The position numbers were made by a program, and so were the translations under genes. Below are positions 23,341 through 35,495 of a DNA stretch of 64,000 nucleotides, piece by piece. This stretch comes from Eledone cirrhosa (lineage: Eukaryota): the NCBI GenBank assembly GCA_964016885.1, contig OZ024742.1, forward strand, positions 41,664,001 to 41,728,000. Direction: 5' to 3'. Below the pieces are notes generated by a model, which was not told where the DNA came from, ran no database searches, and saw only the letters and a list, made by a program, of their open reading frames with translations. Numbering within the stretch: position 1 is the stretch's first letter; each line of letters starts with the position of its first letter.

Positions 23341-25124
23341 TAATTATAAATTTAAAATGTAGTATATAATTAATTAATTAATTTTATTAATATATTGAAC
23401 CTGTAGTGACCTACAATCCGCGGGCTCACATACATTCTCTGTGCGTGATTTGGCTCAACTCAGCCAATCAGCGCCAGGAGAAGAGGATGTATCCCTACGC
23501 GTCCTGAGGGAGAAATAGCCCGCGAAGATTTGAGGAATCTCACTCTTGCAGCTTGACCATGCTAAGGTAAACACCACTTGTTCTTTTGCTCCATAAGCAC
23601 AAACAATATGTAACGACACAACAATTTTACTACGGACCTGGCCAAACGCCTCAGCCAGTCGACCGCATTTTCTCTTGTAATCTTAATTGAATTATTTCAT
23701 TATTCTTGGCATGCCAACTTAATTCACTTCTTAACCTTTGTTAATAAATAATGTAAAAACAAGCTAAAGTCGTTGTCGATATTCCTATCATATCTTTCTA
23801 CCAAAGATGGTTCCTCGTGGCAACATTACAACTATCTAAATATAACTCTCTGCTAAAAACCTGTCGATAAATCATTAGATTCCTTCATCTTTTTTGACTG
23901 ATTATACACTCAAGTAAAAATAACTTTTCTTCCTAAATATAAATAAATATAAATATAATAAACTATTCTAGAGAAATATATTGAGAGCTCTTGAAAGGAG
24001 AAAATATTTCTTATTTCTTATTTTTTATTGTTTTTTTATTGTTTTTTTATTGTTCTGATAGCTTCTCCTATTTTCGAAAGTTTATCCTTTCAAAATTTTG
24101 AGTTAAATATACGTAAGATAAATTTCTATACTAAATCTATTAAACATACTATTATTTTGAAATTATAACTTAAAATACTCTATAATATTTTAAAGTTATA
24201 TTGCTTATAATTATATTTCCAAATTGTAATATAATTCTTTTGTATTTTATGTACTCAATTATACTATGTACTGTATTTATATATACTTCTCTCTTTATGT
24301 GAGTATATATGTATATGTGTGTATTGACATACATGTACATATGTTCTATGCGTTTTTATGAATGTATGTCTGTCTGTATGTATATGTATGCGTGATGCGT
24401 ATCTACCTATTGGCTGAGGGTACACACACATGTATATATATGTATATGTGAGAATTGTGTATATGCGTATGCGTGTATATCCATACAATTTGATTGCACT
24501 TAAGTATAGTGATTATCCCAACATTTGTGACAGATAGACATATAATAACAGCCATAAATACATAAAAGGTAATCCTATAAAACTTATATAAAAAGAAATT
24601 TTGTTTAATAACATAAAGTGTGTATAACATAAAATTTCCTTTAATATCTTAACAATTATAACATTTTAAAGATTCCTATATCTTAAATTAAATTAAAGAA
24701 TCCTTTATGCTTTGTGTGTATATATTATATACGTAGTTAGATATGTTATGTATTTTATAAGTGTGTATATATATTTATATGTATTTTTGCGTGTATATAC
24801 GTGTTATATGATATGTAGTTCTCTAGTAATATATGGATTTCTTAATGTATAGATCCCAATTTTTAATATATTGATCTCAGTTTTTAATATATTGATCTCA
24901 ATTTTTAAATGATTAACTAAACATCTAATCATATTTAAACAATGATTAATTTCTCATATTATATATGTATATTCCATTCATGATTATTAACATTTCTAAT
25001 TTTATTTATTCATTTCATCTCAATTGTTAAGTTAACTCAAGAAGATATGACTTAGAGTTTTCGTTCTCTCCCCTTCTCTCTGTCTCCTCTCTCTCTATAT
25101 ATATCTTTCTCTCTCTGTTGTATT

Positions 25125-25126
<2 letters not shown>

Positions 25127-25200
<74 letters not shown>
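25127..25200. repeat. (CT)n microsatellite
   Basis: Seen directly. Confidence 0.97.
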
Positions 25201-25202
<2 letters not shown>

Positions 25203-25478
25203 CTTCTTTATCTTTTTTTCTTTCTCTGTTACCCAACGGCTTATTTTTAAAATAAAAATATCCAATACTAATAATAATATAATTAAACAACTCCACTATC
25301 CGGGAGCTTCCAACAGTAATGCTTGCATTTTTTAAGGGTATGTCAATATTTATTTATAAAACTGATCTATATTATATTTTGTCTGATGAAAGCACACCAT
25401 AATTTAACTTGGTGTCCTTGAAATATGTATAATGAAGTGAATATGGTTTTATAAATATAGTTTCCATTTGTTAATATC

Positions 25479-25571
<93 letters not shown>

Positions 25572-25674
25572 GAGAGAGATGTGTGTGTGTGTGTGTTTTT
25601 ATATATTTGTGTATGGTTGAGTGAGTTTATATATATATATATATAGTTATGTAATAAACAACATAAGGCAATTA

Positions 25675-25735
25675 TTTCATTTACCAGTGGTTTCTTAAAA
25701 GCAAACAAATTTTGTTTTCAATCATCAGAATGAAA
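25675..25735 (-). ncRNA. Type I hammerhead ribozyme of the PLE-C pLTR, GUA site
   Basis: TTTCATT-CTGATGA-ttgaaaacaaa...tttgcttttaa-GAA-ACC act GGT-A-AATGAAA. Confidence 0.85.
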
Positions 25736-26461
25736 AAAATCCTGGTGTATTTATTGACATTGGATTTTAAAAACAAAAATATAATCTATATGAAAGTGAG
25801 GCTGGAAAAGGAAGAAGGAAAGGAAAAATAAACACACATGCACACGCACACATACACGCACACAAATACATACACACACATATACACATACACATATATA
25901 TACACACACATACACACACACACATATATATGTATATATATATATATACATAGACATACATATACACATACAAACATACACACATATATATCAACATATC
26001 CATACATAAACATACATACAAATACACAAACATGCACACACACATGCATATATATATACACATACACATATACATACATACACACAATCATACATATATA
26101 CACATGTACATACACACACATACATACACACATATATACAGGCATGCATACGCATGCACAAATATAGATATATGTACACACACCTACATACGCACACACA
26201 AATAATTATAAGAAAAAATATAATAATAAAATTACCGTCATATAAGAATAAAAATGAATATAAAAATTATTATAGTGTTGACAGCGATACAAGCAACAAG
26301 TAAATGAACAAACACACGTCGTAAGCAATACACACAATTGCACATACACATACATACGTAAAAATAAATACATACACACACTCACACATACACATACATA
26401 TACAATTACATATACACATACATACACATACACATATACATACACACACACATATATACAG

Positions 26462-26504
<43 letters not shown>

Positions 26505-26917
26505 CACATACATATACATACATATCACAAACACATACATACAAAAACATACACACACATATGTATGTGTGTAAAACTCATTCTTAGATGTATTCATATG
26601 AACCTTTTTTAACTCTTAAAAAAAAAATATATATATATATACATACACACACATACATACACATACATATACATACATACACACAGATATATATATATAA
26701 GAAAAAACAAATATTATATATATAAAAAGCATAAATATTGTATATATAAAAATAAAAAGTTGGGAATACGACAAATAATAAATAAATAATTAGAAAAGGG
26801 TATAAATGTTTATAGCTGATTTAGAGCGCTCGACAAGTTCCCGGAGCAAATGATCAATGAAAATAACCATTAAATCACTGTATGTAATTATGCATATACA
26901 CACACACATACATATAC

Positions 26918-26950
<33 letters not shown>

Positions 26951-27153
26951 ACCATAGAAATACACACACACATACATACATATACGTATATATATGCACA
27001 CATAGGAAAAAGTATGACCCAACGGCAGAGCTCAAGCCGTCTCTGAGGCTATTATATATATACACACAAAACCATTATATAAAAATACACACACACACAC
27101 AAATATACACGCACACACACACACATTATACATATATACACATATATATACAC

Positions 27154-27228
<75 letters not shown>

Positions 27229-27589
27229 CACACACAAATATAACAGAAGCATATAAAATACTTATATATACACATACATATACATACAGATAAATATAAA
27301 CATACATACACACACACACATAAACATACATATATATATATATATACACATATACGCAACACACACACACACAGAAATAAATATCTAAAAATAAAAATAA
27401 AAAAGGTGGGTATGTGAAGGGTAATGTAGGAAGTAGGGGGGAAAATAAGGAAAATAAATGACATAGGAAAAGGTTTAAATATAAGGGGAGATAAGGGAGA
27501 AAAAGAATATAAGAGTACAGAAAGTGAATTCAGAAGGTAAAAAAACCGTAGTGGATGTAAGGTGTAGAGAGCAGAGAAGAAGTTCAAGG

Positions 27590-29556
27590 TGGTTGAGTTA
27601 TCGTAGGAATGTCAATCCAGTTACAGATCAGATGCGATTTCAGGTGAGGACAACATCTGAAGATCTCGGTCTTTGAGTTCAGGCAAGTTGAACTGGCTTT
27701 CATGTTTTGTAAAATCCTAAATTTTTCAGTGGTACACAAAGAACAATTCTTTGTGCCCCTTTGGTACTCCCTCGAATGGTCTAAAATAGATCAATCGATA
27801 GAGTACGGGATGTTTTTATCCTTGAATTCCCACACCTTATTTGCGAGAGCTGTTGATGTCCTTTTATCGGAGTGTTTAAAAGAAGCGACATGTGCATAAA
27901 ACCCTTATTCTCGTATGATTGGAATTAGTGATTTTAGACTTCATTGATGGGCAGCAAGAGTAACTGATCTTAACTACATTTCTATTAAATATCTTATAAT
28001 ACCTATGATTAGGAGGAAAATGTTTATCTAAGAGGTCAAGGAATTTCCTTCCTACATTAGTTTTGACAGTTAGAGAGAAGGGGGGTGTAAACCAAATAAT
28101 TTTCCTTTTCCTATTATTGTGGTTAGTTTTAGGGGGGAGTAGGTAAATAATTAATTTGTTCTGTAAATCCGCTGTTATTAAGGGCTTTATTATAATAAGG
28201 GGCGGCTTTATTAAAAATGTCTAGAGACGAAGATAAGGTAGAAATCCTACGGCTAATGTTGGGAATAAGATTTTTAAAAACTATAGGGGGATGGCAAGAC
28301 TCTTTGTGTATATATCTAAGATTTTCGTTAGGTTTATGATAAGGTTTAAAAGAGGCAGTAAGTAGATCAAGATTAATGTCAAGAAAGTTAGCATTGGTAA
28401 GGTTCGTATCTCTAGTATATATAGTAATTTTAAGGTTAAGATTAGCAAAAGTATTGATTAAATCTTTACGGAATTTATCAAGGTTATGGCCGTTGGTGGT
28501 ATGAGAAACTGCCAATCCGTCGTCACGGTATAAACCGATATTATGGGAAGAAAATTTCTCTTTGAGGGTGTGGAGAAGGAATAATCCTACTAAGTCACAC
28601 ACATCCGCATTGTCATATGAACCCATTGCAACATCAAAAGAGTTTTCAGGGTTTGACTTTTTAACCCAAATACTTTCATTAGTAAAGAGTAAAGTTTTAC
28701 TAGCATGAAAGATAATGTCTTCTTCTAATTTAGAAATATTAATGAAGGGTCTTGCAAACTCTAAGGCATTAGTTAATAAGGAAACAGTAATAGAGGGGTA
28801 AAAATAACCAATATTGGGTAAATCTACACTTATTTTTACCTTGTATGTTATTAAACCAAGAAATAACAGAGGATGTATTTAACCATTGTGATAGGTCAGT
28901 CTTAGTTCTAATTTGGAGAATTATTTTTCTTAAGATTTTTTTACAAGGCCAACTTCGGATTTAGCCGGGTTAATCAGTCTACAACTAGGTCGATTAGTAA
29001 AGTCTAATTTATGGTCTTTAAGGGTAATATATACTTTACGTTTAGCTAGGCTTTCAATCCGGTTGTCTATTTTTAATGAACTAGCTAGTTCTTTAGCTTC
29101 TTTATTAATAGTATTGTAGGTATTATTATTAGTTAATTGATATTTGTTGGTGATACTATTAGTTAAAAGTTGGTTATACAAAATACTATTAACTTCAAAG
29201 AGATTTTTAGTTTTATCGGAAAGAACAAAAGTGTTTGTAGAATTTCTAAAATTAGAAATATCGTTAGACAGTATAGTTTGAACATTATTATTGTACTTAC
29301 GAAATTTGATATCACTAATTAAATTAACAAGGTCTAATTCGAAGTTGGCCATGTCTTTAATTCTAGGTGGATATTTACGGGATTTTATGTCAAAACAGTC
29401 ATTAGTATCAGCACTGAATAGTCCATCGTAAACCATTGCCTTGCATCTCATTCTTTTAACGACTTGTTCGATTTTATCTATAAGCATTTTGGTATAAGTT
29501 GTGTTGGAAAGAGTAGGTATATTTTTTATTGAATAATCCAATTCATAAAGGTCCAT
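27590..29556 (-). pseudogene. PLE-C RT/GIY-YIG ORF, decayed
   Basis: YSIKNIP, LSDKTKNL, LKDHKLDF, CRLINPAKSE, MGSYDNADVCDLVG, GLYRDDG, IIWFTPPFS; several frameshifts. Confidence 0.92.
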
Positions 29557-29771
29557 GGTGTATGTTGGTTAAATTCCTGAAAACTGTAGAGTGCTCAACT
29601 AATCGGGCTGGAAAGTGCCAATCATATATGTAATATAGAATATGCTTCAATCAATCCCGGTTGGAGCTGTATAAATGAAGTAATTCCGTCGGAAAGGTCC
29701 AGGAAAAAAGAGTGCTCTATGTAGGTAACAGAGCTTAATAGTTATGTAATAAACAACATATATATATATAT

Positions 29772-32531
29772 ATATAGTGAAAAATTGAACGGGAACAAAA
29801 CAGAGAGGCAGTACGAACAAAGGTTTATTAGTTTCACGCTCTTGAGAGTGGGGTGATGGTGGGGAACGACGTTTCGGGCATAAGCCCTTCTTCAGGCGAA
29901 AAGTGTGTGGGAAGAGAGTTCCAAGGGTGTGTAGGGGAGTGGTGGAGAGACATATAGAAAAAAGGGAGTGAGAGGAAACGGTACAAATGAAATTAAATAT
30001 AAAAGCATAATAAAAATAAAAATAAACATGAAGTAAAACAAGTGGGGGAAGAGTGTGGGGCGTGTAGGGGTGGTGGCGAGTGGGGTGGGGAGAGGGAGGC
30101 GGGGTCTCCGAGCGGGGAGGGCTGAAGGTGGTGTGTGTGTGTAGGTGTACGTGTGTGTGTGTGTGTGTGTGTATGTGAAAGTAAGAGTTGGGGGAAGAAC
30201 GGAGTTGCATGTTCAGGAAAAAGTGTGTGTGTGGTGGGGTGTAGGTCGGTGTGTGTGTGCGTGTGTGGATGGGGAGGGGTCAGAGGGGTGGGGGGAGAGG
30301 ATTCCGGGGGCTGAGTGTGTAAATATGTGGTGGTACGCACGTGTGTGTGGTGTTTATACGTGTTGTGGATGTAGGTGGCGTGTGGGAAAAAAATGTTTTT
30401 GAGTGTATGTCCGTGGGTGAGTTCCTAAGGTAGTTCCGTAGAGGGTGGTGGGATGCTGGGTAATTTCCTTGTGATGTAGTTGATTCTTGGGAGAGATGTC
30501 CAATGTGTGTAATCCGTGGCTGGGTTGGTCGGAAGAGGGGAGATGTGGGGTGCGCGCGCAACAGAGAGTGATCAGAGGGTCAAGGCAGGAGGAGGGTTGT
30601 GTGTCTGTGTGTGCGGCGAGGTGGTCAGAGATTCAGGGCATAGCAGCAGTCGGGGAGAATGGTAAGTGAAGAAAGTCGGTGTGTCAGTGTGTGCGGAGGT
30701 GCGGTGGACAGGGGAGAGGATGGGTAGGTGTGAAAGTTGGAGTGGGGAGGGGTGTGTGTGTTAGTAGAGGTGTTAGTGGGATGTGTGTGTGTGTGAGAAG
30801 GGGTGTGGGTGGTGCGGGGGGAGAAAGGTGTGGGGGCCGTTGGAGGGAGTGTAGTGTACTGGTGTGTGTGTGCGTGTTTGGATGAGTGTGTATGTGGTGA
30901 AGGGGGTGTTAGTGGGTGTTAGTAAACTGGTGGTGGGGAAAGGGTTGAATGCGGGTGTTAGTGGGGGGTCAGTGGTGGTAGGGTGTGTAGAGTGGGTAGT
31001 GTAAGTGGGTGTGTGTGTTCGTGTGCATGGGGTCGGGGGGTGTTAGTGATATTAGTTGCGTGTAGAGTGGGTGGTGTAAGTGGGTGTGTGTGTTCGTGTG
31101 AGGGATAGTGGTGGTAGTAGGGTGTGTGGTTAGTGTGAGCGCGTGTATATATGTACCGGTGGGTGTGTGCGTGTGATAAGGGGAGGGGGGAGAAGAGAGG
31201 AGGGATGTTAGTATTGTTAGATGGGGAAGGGTGGTCGGTTGTGGGGTGGAGGTGTTAGTATTGTTAGTTGTGGGATGGGCGGTGAAAAGGAGGAGTGTGT
31301 TAGTGGGGGATATGTGTGGGGGAGGGGGGAGGGAGGGCGAAGGCTAAAGGAATAAGGGTGGGGAGTTCAGGCCGGGGGGAGTGTGGGTCTGTAGGGTGAA
31401 GATGGTGCGTTGTTCGACCCTGAGGAGGGTGACGGCTGTTGCGTGGCATTGGAGTAGGCCACAGACTGTGAGGTGGTGCGCGGAATGTCCAGGGGCGCCA
31501 AAGTGGCGGGCGATGGGGGAACTACCGCCGAAACGAATATCTCGGAGGTGTTCGGTAAAACGGTCCGCCAGGCAACGTCCAGTCCGTAGGTAGGTTGCGC
31601 TGCACTCCGTTCAGCGAAGTCCATAGACTAGGTTGGAGGAGGTGCAGCGGAAGGCATGCCGGACAGAGAGAGAGTGGCCGTTGGGATCCTGGAAGGTGGT
31701 GGTGTTGGTGATGTGGGGACAGGTGTTGTAACGAGGCCTGGAACGGGGAAGGGAACCGGGGGGTAGGGAGCTGTGGACGAGGAGGGTGCGGAGATTGCGT
31801 GCGCGTTTGAATGAGGGGAGTGGTGGGGCTGGGAAGATGTGGGAGGTGGAGGGGTCGGACTGGAGGCGTCGGAAGAGGCGGAAGATGGTGCGATGGAGGG
31901 GTATGGTGGAGGGGTGGTAGGGGATGGGGAAGGGGAGACGGTGGGTGGGTGGGTGTGCGGTGGCGTGGGGTGAGGGTGGTGGAGCGGTGGACAGCACGGG
32001 CGCGGGTGAGAGCGGTGTGGACGAGAGGGGGGGAACCTCTGCGGATGAAATGGCTGACTAGGGAAAGGGCCTGGGACTCAAAGTCAGCATCTCGGCTACA
32101 GAGGCGCCGGATCCTGAGGAGTTGGAAGTAGGGAATAGAGTGTTTATTATGTGTAGGGTGGGAAGAGGTGAAGTCGAGGTAGGAGTGGGAGTCGGTGGGT
32201 TTGAAGAAGGCGGAGGTGACGAGGGAATGGTGGGAGGGGTCGAAGGCGACGGAGATGTCTAAGAAGTGGACGTGGGTGATGGAGATAGAGGTGGTGAAGT
32301 GGAGGGAGGGGTGGAAGGAGCAGAAGAAGGAGAGAAAGGACTCGAGCTGTTCTCGGGTGAGGGTCGTGGCTCCGATACAGTCGTCGATGTAACGACCGTA
32401 CAGTTCGGGCGTGGGGTCGGTGTACTGGGCAAAGATTTGGGTCTCAACATGGCCAACAAGAAGGTTGGCATAGTTTGGGCCCATTCTTGTACCCATGGCT
32501 ACCCCCGTGAGCTGTTGGTAAAACTCACCAT
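29772..32531 (-). mobile_element. 5'-truncated Neptune-like Penelope element PLE-E with C-rich sense strand
   Basis: FYQQLTGVAMGTRMGPNYANL, YGRYIDDCIG, FLDISV, KPTDSHSYLDFTSSHP, SIPYFQLLRIRRLCS, FRCTSSNLVYG, LADRFTEHLRDI; minimal hammerhead near the 3' end. Confidence 0.88.
29865..29898 (-). ncRNA. Minimal hammerhead ribozyme of PLE-E, GUC site
   Basis: gc-CTGAAGA-a-GGGC ttat GCCC-GAA-ACGT-C-gt; stem III reduced to the palindrome ACGT, stem I weak. Confidence 0.8.
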
Positions 32532-32544
32532 ACATATATATATA

Positions 32545-33128
32545 TAAGTATGTATACGTACATACATATATGTATACAGACGTACAGTAGTATGTATATA
32601 TATACATACATGCACACATATATATATGTACGTATGGGTTCACTGAACATTTATTATAATGCTCGGTGTGTTTGTAAACAAACATCCCGTATTAAGCCGT
32701 AGTGTCTCGCAACCATCGTTGCTCATTTGTTCAACACTGACAAAGGAACGCTGTACTAGTTTCAAGCTTATTAGCTATCGTCAGCAACGTATACCTTCCT
32801 GCCAGATGATTGAACGTCTGAAAGTATATACATTCCTTATGCATATTAACGGCTGAGCAGCCTAATTTGCATATCGAGTGGGTTAATCGCCGGGTGCACC
32901 GAAAAGGATAAACGGAAAAAATGAAACGAAATTTCATTTCCCAATCTTAGTACGGCTGTTACTTAAATATAAGTATGTATACGTACATACATATATGTAT
33001 ACAGACGTACAGTAGTATGTATATATATATACATACATGCACACATATATATATGTACGTATGGGTTCACCAAACATTTATTATAATGCTCGGTGTGTTT
33101 GTAAACAAACATCCCGTATTAAGCCGTA
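32545..33128 (-). mobile_element. Retrozyme-like unit, 425-bp monomer, ~1.4 copies
   Basis: aagtatgtatacgtacatac...gtattaagccgta repeats at 32546 and 32971; other copies at 41562-42100 and 22335-22448. Confidence 0.8.
32748..32790 (-). ncRNA. Type I hammerhead ribozyme, GUA site
   Basis: ACGTTG-CTGACGA-tAGCT aata AGCTt-GAA-ACTAGT-A-CAGCGT. Confidence 0.85.
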
Positions 33129-33496
33129 TATGTATGTGTGTGTCGGCACGTTTATATCTATAGACATCAAAAGGTATGCAAATTTGTGTATATTTGTGTT
33201 GCACCATAGAACATGTGTGTTTACGTATGTCATTGTGTTTATATGTGGATAGAGATGTATGTAGGATGTATGCTGATATAGGTATGTATGTTGACGTGTG
33301 TATGTTGTGGGTTCGTCTTAGGGAGAAGTGTTTAGACGGGGTCCGTATTTGTTAATAAAGTGAGATTCCTTGCTGATGATATATCATTTCACACCTTTTA
33401 TTATTAATGTTTTTGATGTTCTCTTGAGAGAATCGTTTTTGCTGAAAATATCGAATAATGTACACCATTTTTACCAGTATCACAAAAATACTGGTT

Positions 33497-33556
<60 letters not shown>

Positions 33557-33723
33557 TATATATACACACACACACACTAACATACAAAGAGACATATACA
33601 CACACACACACACTTCTCCGTATAAGACAAGAGCTGAAAAATATCTTTCAACATGTTAAAATATCCCCCACACACGTACAGACACATTCCTACTGACCGA
33701 TCCCTCTACCACGAATTACTCTG

Positions 33724-33827
<104 letters not shown>

Positions 33828-33952
33828 TTGTCTAATTAAACTATTTTTTACTGGGAACAATTTGTCAGCATTTTCTTTTCCTTTATTATATATATATGTA
33901 TATATATATATAATATAATATAAGATCAAAAGATGGTTAAAAGAGTTCCATG

Positions 33953-34023
33953 TATTTTATTATGCGCATTTCAAAAACAAATATCATCATGGGATGATAT
34001 TTGCGTTCTCATCAGATAAAATA
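33953..34023 (-). ncRNA. Type I hammerhead ribozyme, AUA site
   Basis: TATTTTAT-CTGATGA-gaacgCAAATATCATC ccat GATGATATTTGttttt-GAA-ATGCGCAT-A-ATAAAATA. Confidence 0.87.
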
Positions 34024-34217
34024 GGGAGACATGATATGAAGCTTAAAAAACACCTGCGAGCAGTGAACTGTTAAATCAACAATAAATAAAATACATGGAA
34101 CTATTTTAACCATCTTTTGATCTTATATTATTTATACTCCAGTCCTATAAACTGTTGAGTGCTACTTATCCGATATTTGCATTGCTTTATTGTACTACAA
34201 TAAAACTCACCTCCTAC

Positions 34218-34268
<51 letters not shown>

Positions 34269-34272
<4 letters not shown>

Positions 34273-34905
34273 TTCTGATTCTCGATTATTTACTTGTATT
34301 AATCTCCAGGCTTTAGCTATTGACCAGTTAATTTTATTGATTTTTTAGTTGATCTTATTGACTGATGAATAGCTCTTGTTTATTTTAACACGTCTGTTGA
34401 GAACGCTTATTCGATATGTGATTTTTTGTATTCTTACAAAATTTACACTTACTGAATTCTTTCGCCAAATATAGGGGTTCCCTCCCTTGCTGGACTACAC
34501 GTGCGTTCAGTAACGGGTCGCCCTATATTTTTGAACGAAACATCCGCTGAGAAAGCAGTCTCCTCGTTCATCTCTTTACTAGAAGTCAGATATATTTTTT
34601 TATGTGGGCTGACAGTAATTGACTAAGGAACTGCAGAAACCCAAAAAGCTAGAATTTAACATCCTTCTAGCGGGTCCGGGTGAGTTTTTACATTCATTTT
34701 ATTAATTTATTATTTGAGTGACCCGAATTTTCCTGGTCGTTTGTTTCGGCTGTGCGAATGATTTTAGGCATCGTCTCTATGTGTTGGTACTTTAACGATA
34801 GTTATAGCTCTGGTTCATCCAAACTATTGAGCCCTCTGCCACACATGTCGAAGATTGTTTATCGTTATTTCGTGGGCCGAGATTCTGATTGTCGATTATT
34901 TACTT
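34269..34905 (+). mobile_element. Non-coding 610-bp unit with 27-bp terminal direct repeat between (TA)n tracts
   Basis: gagattctgatt(c/g)tcgattatttactt at 34269 and 34879; several internal hairpins. Confidence 0.65.
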
Positions 34906-34953
34906 ATATATATATATATATATAGTTATGTAATAAACAACATAAGGTAATTA

Positions 34954-35014
34954 TTTCATTTACCAGTGGTTTCTTGAAAGCAAACACATTTTGCTTTCAA
35001 TCATCAGAATGAAA
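34954..35014 (-). ncRNA. Type I hammerhead ribozyme (PLE-C family)
   Basis: Inverted duplicate of 35284-35344. Confidence 0.88.
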
Positions 35015-35283
35015 AAATCCTGATGTATTTATTGACATTGGATTTTAAAAACAAAAATATAATCTATATGAAAGTGAGGCTGGAAAAGGAAGAAGGAAAG
35101 GAAAAATATATATATATACACACATATAATCATACATATATACACACGTACATACACACACATGCATACACACATATATACACGCATACATACGCACACA
35201 CAAATATATGTACACACACCTACATACGGAAACACACAATTAATTATAAGAAAAATCCAATCTCAATAAATACACCAGGATTT

Positions 35284-35344
35284 TTTCATTCTGATGATTG
35301 AAAGCAAAATTTGTTTGCTTTCAAGAAACCACTGGTAAATGAAA
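35284..35344 (+). ncRNA. Type I hammerhead ribozyme (PLE-C family), GUA site
   Basis: TTTCATT-CTGATGA-TTGAAAGCAAA atttg TTTGCTTTCAA-GAA-ACC act GGT-A-AATGAAA; 7-bp stem I and 11-bp stem II are perfect. Confidence 0.92.
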
Positions 35345-35440
35345 TAATTACCTTATGTTGTTTATTACATAACTATTAAGGTCTGTAACCTACATAGAGC
35401 ACTCTTTTTTCCTGGGCCTTTCCGACGGAATTACTTCATT

Positions 35441-35492
<52 letters not shown>

Positions 35493-35495
<3 letters not shown>

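Larger units (their letters stand above)
25645..29760 (-). mobile_element. Penelope-like element PLE-C with CA/TA-rich 3' UTR and hammerhead-bearing pLTR
   Basis: tatgttgtttattacataactat occurs upstream of the ORF (~29737-29760) and at the 3' end (~25645-25665); the interval probably includes nested fragments. Confidence 0.75.

Noticed and set aside
25751-27587. Many YI/CV/HT-rich ORFs here and elsewhere
   Set aside because: Dinucleotide microsatellite artefacts.
32731-32937. 68-aa ORF present in both copies of the 425-bp unit (also 41818-42024)
   Set aside because: The two copies differ at 7 residues, mostly radical changes, and the ORF overlaps the ribozyme; persistence is explained by recent common ancestry.
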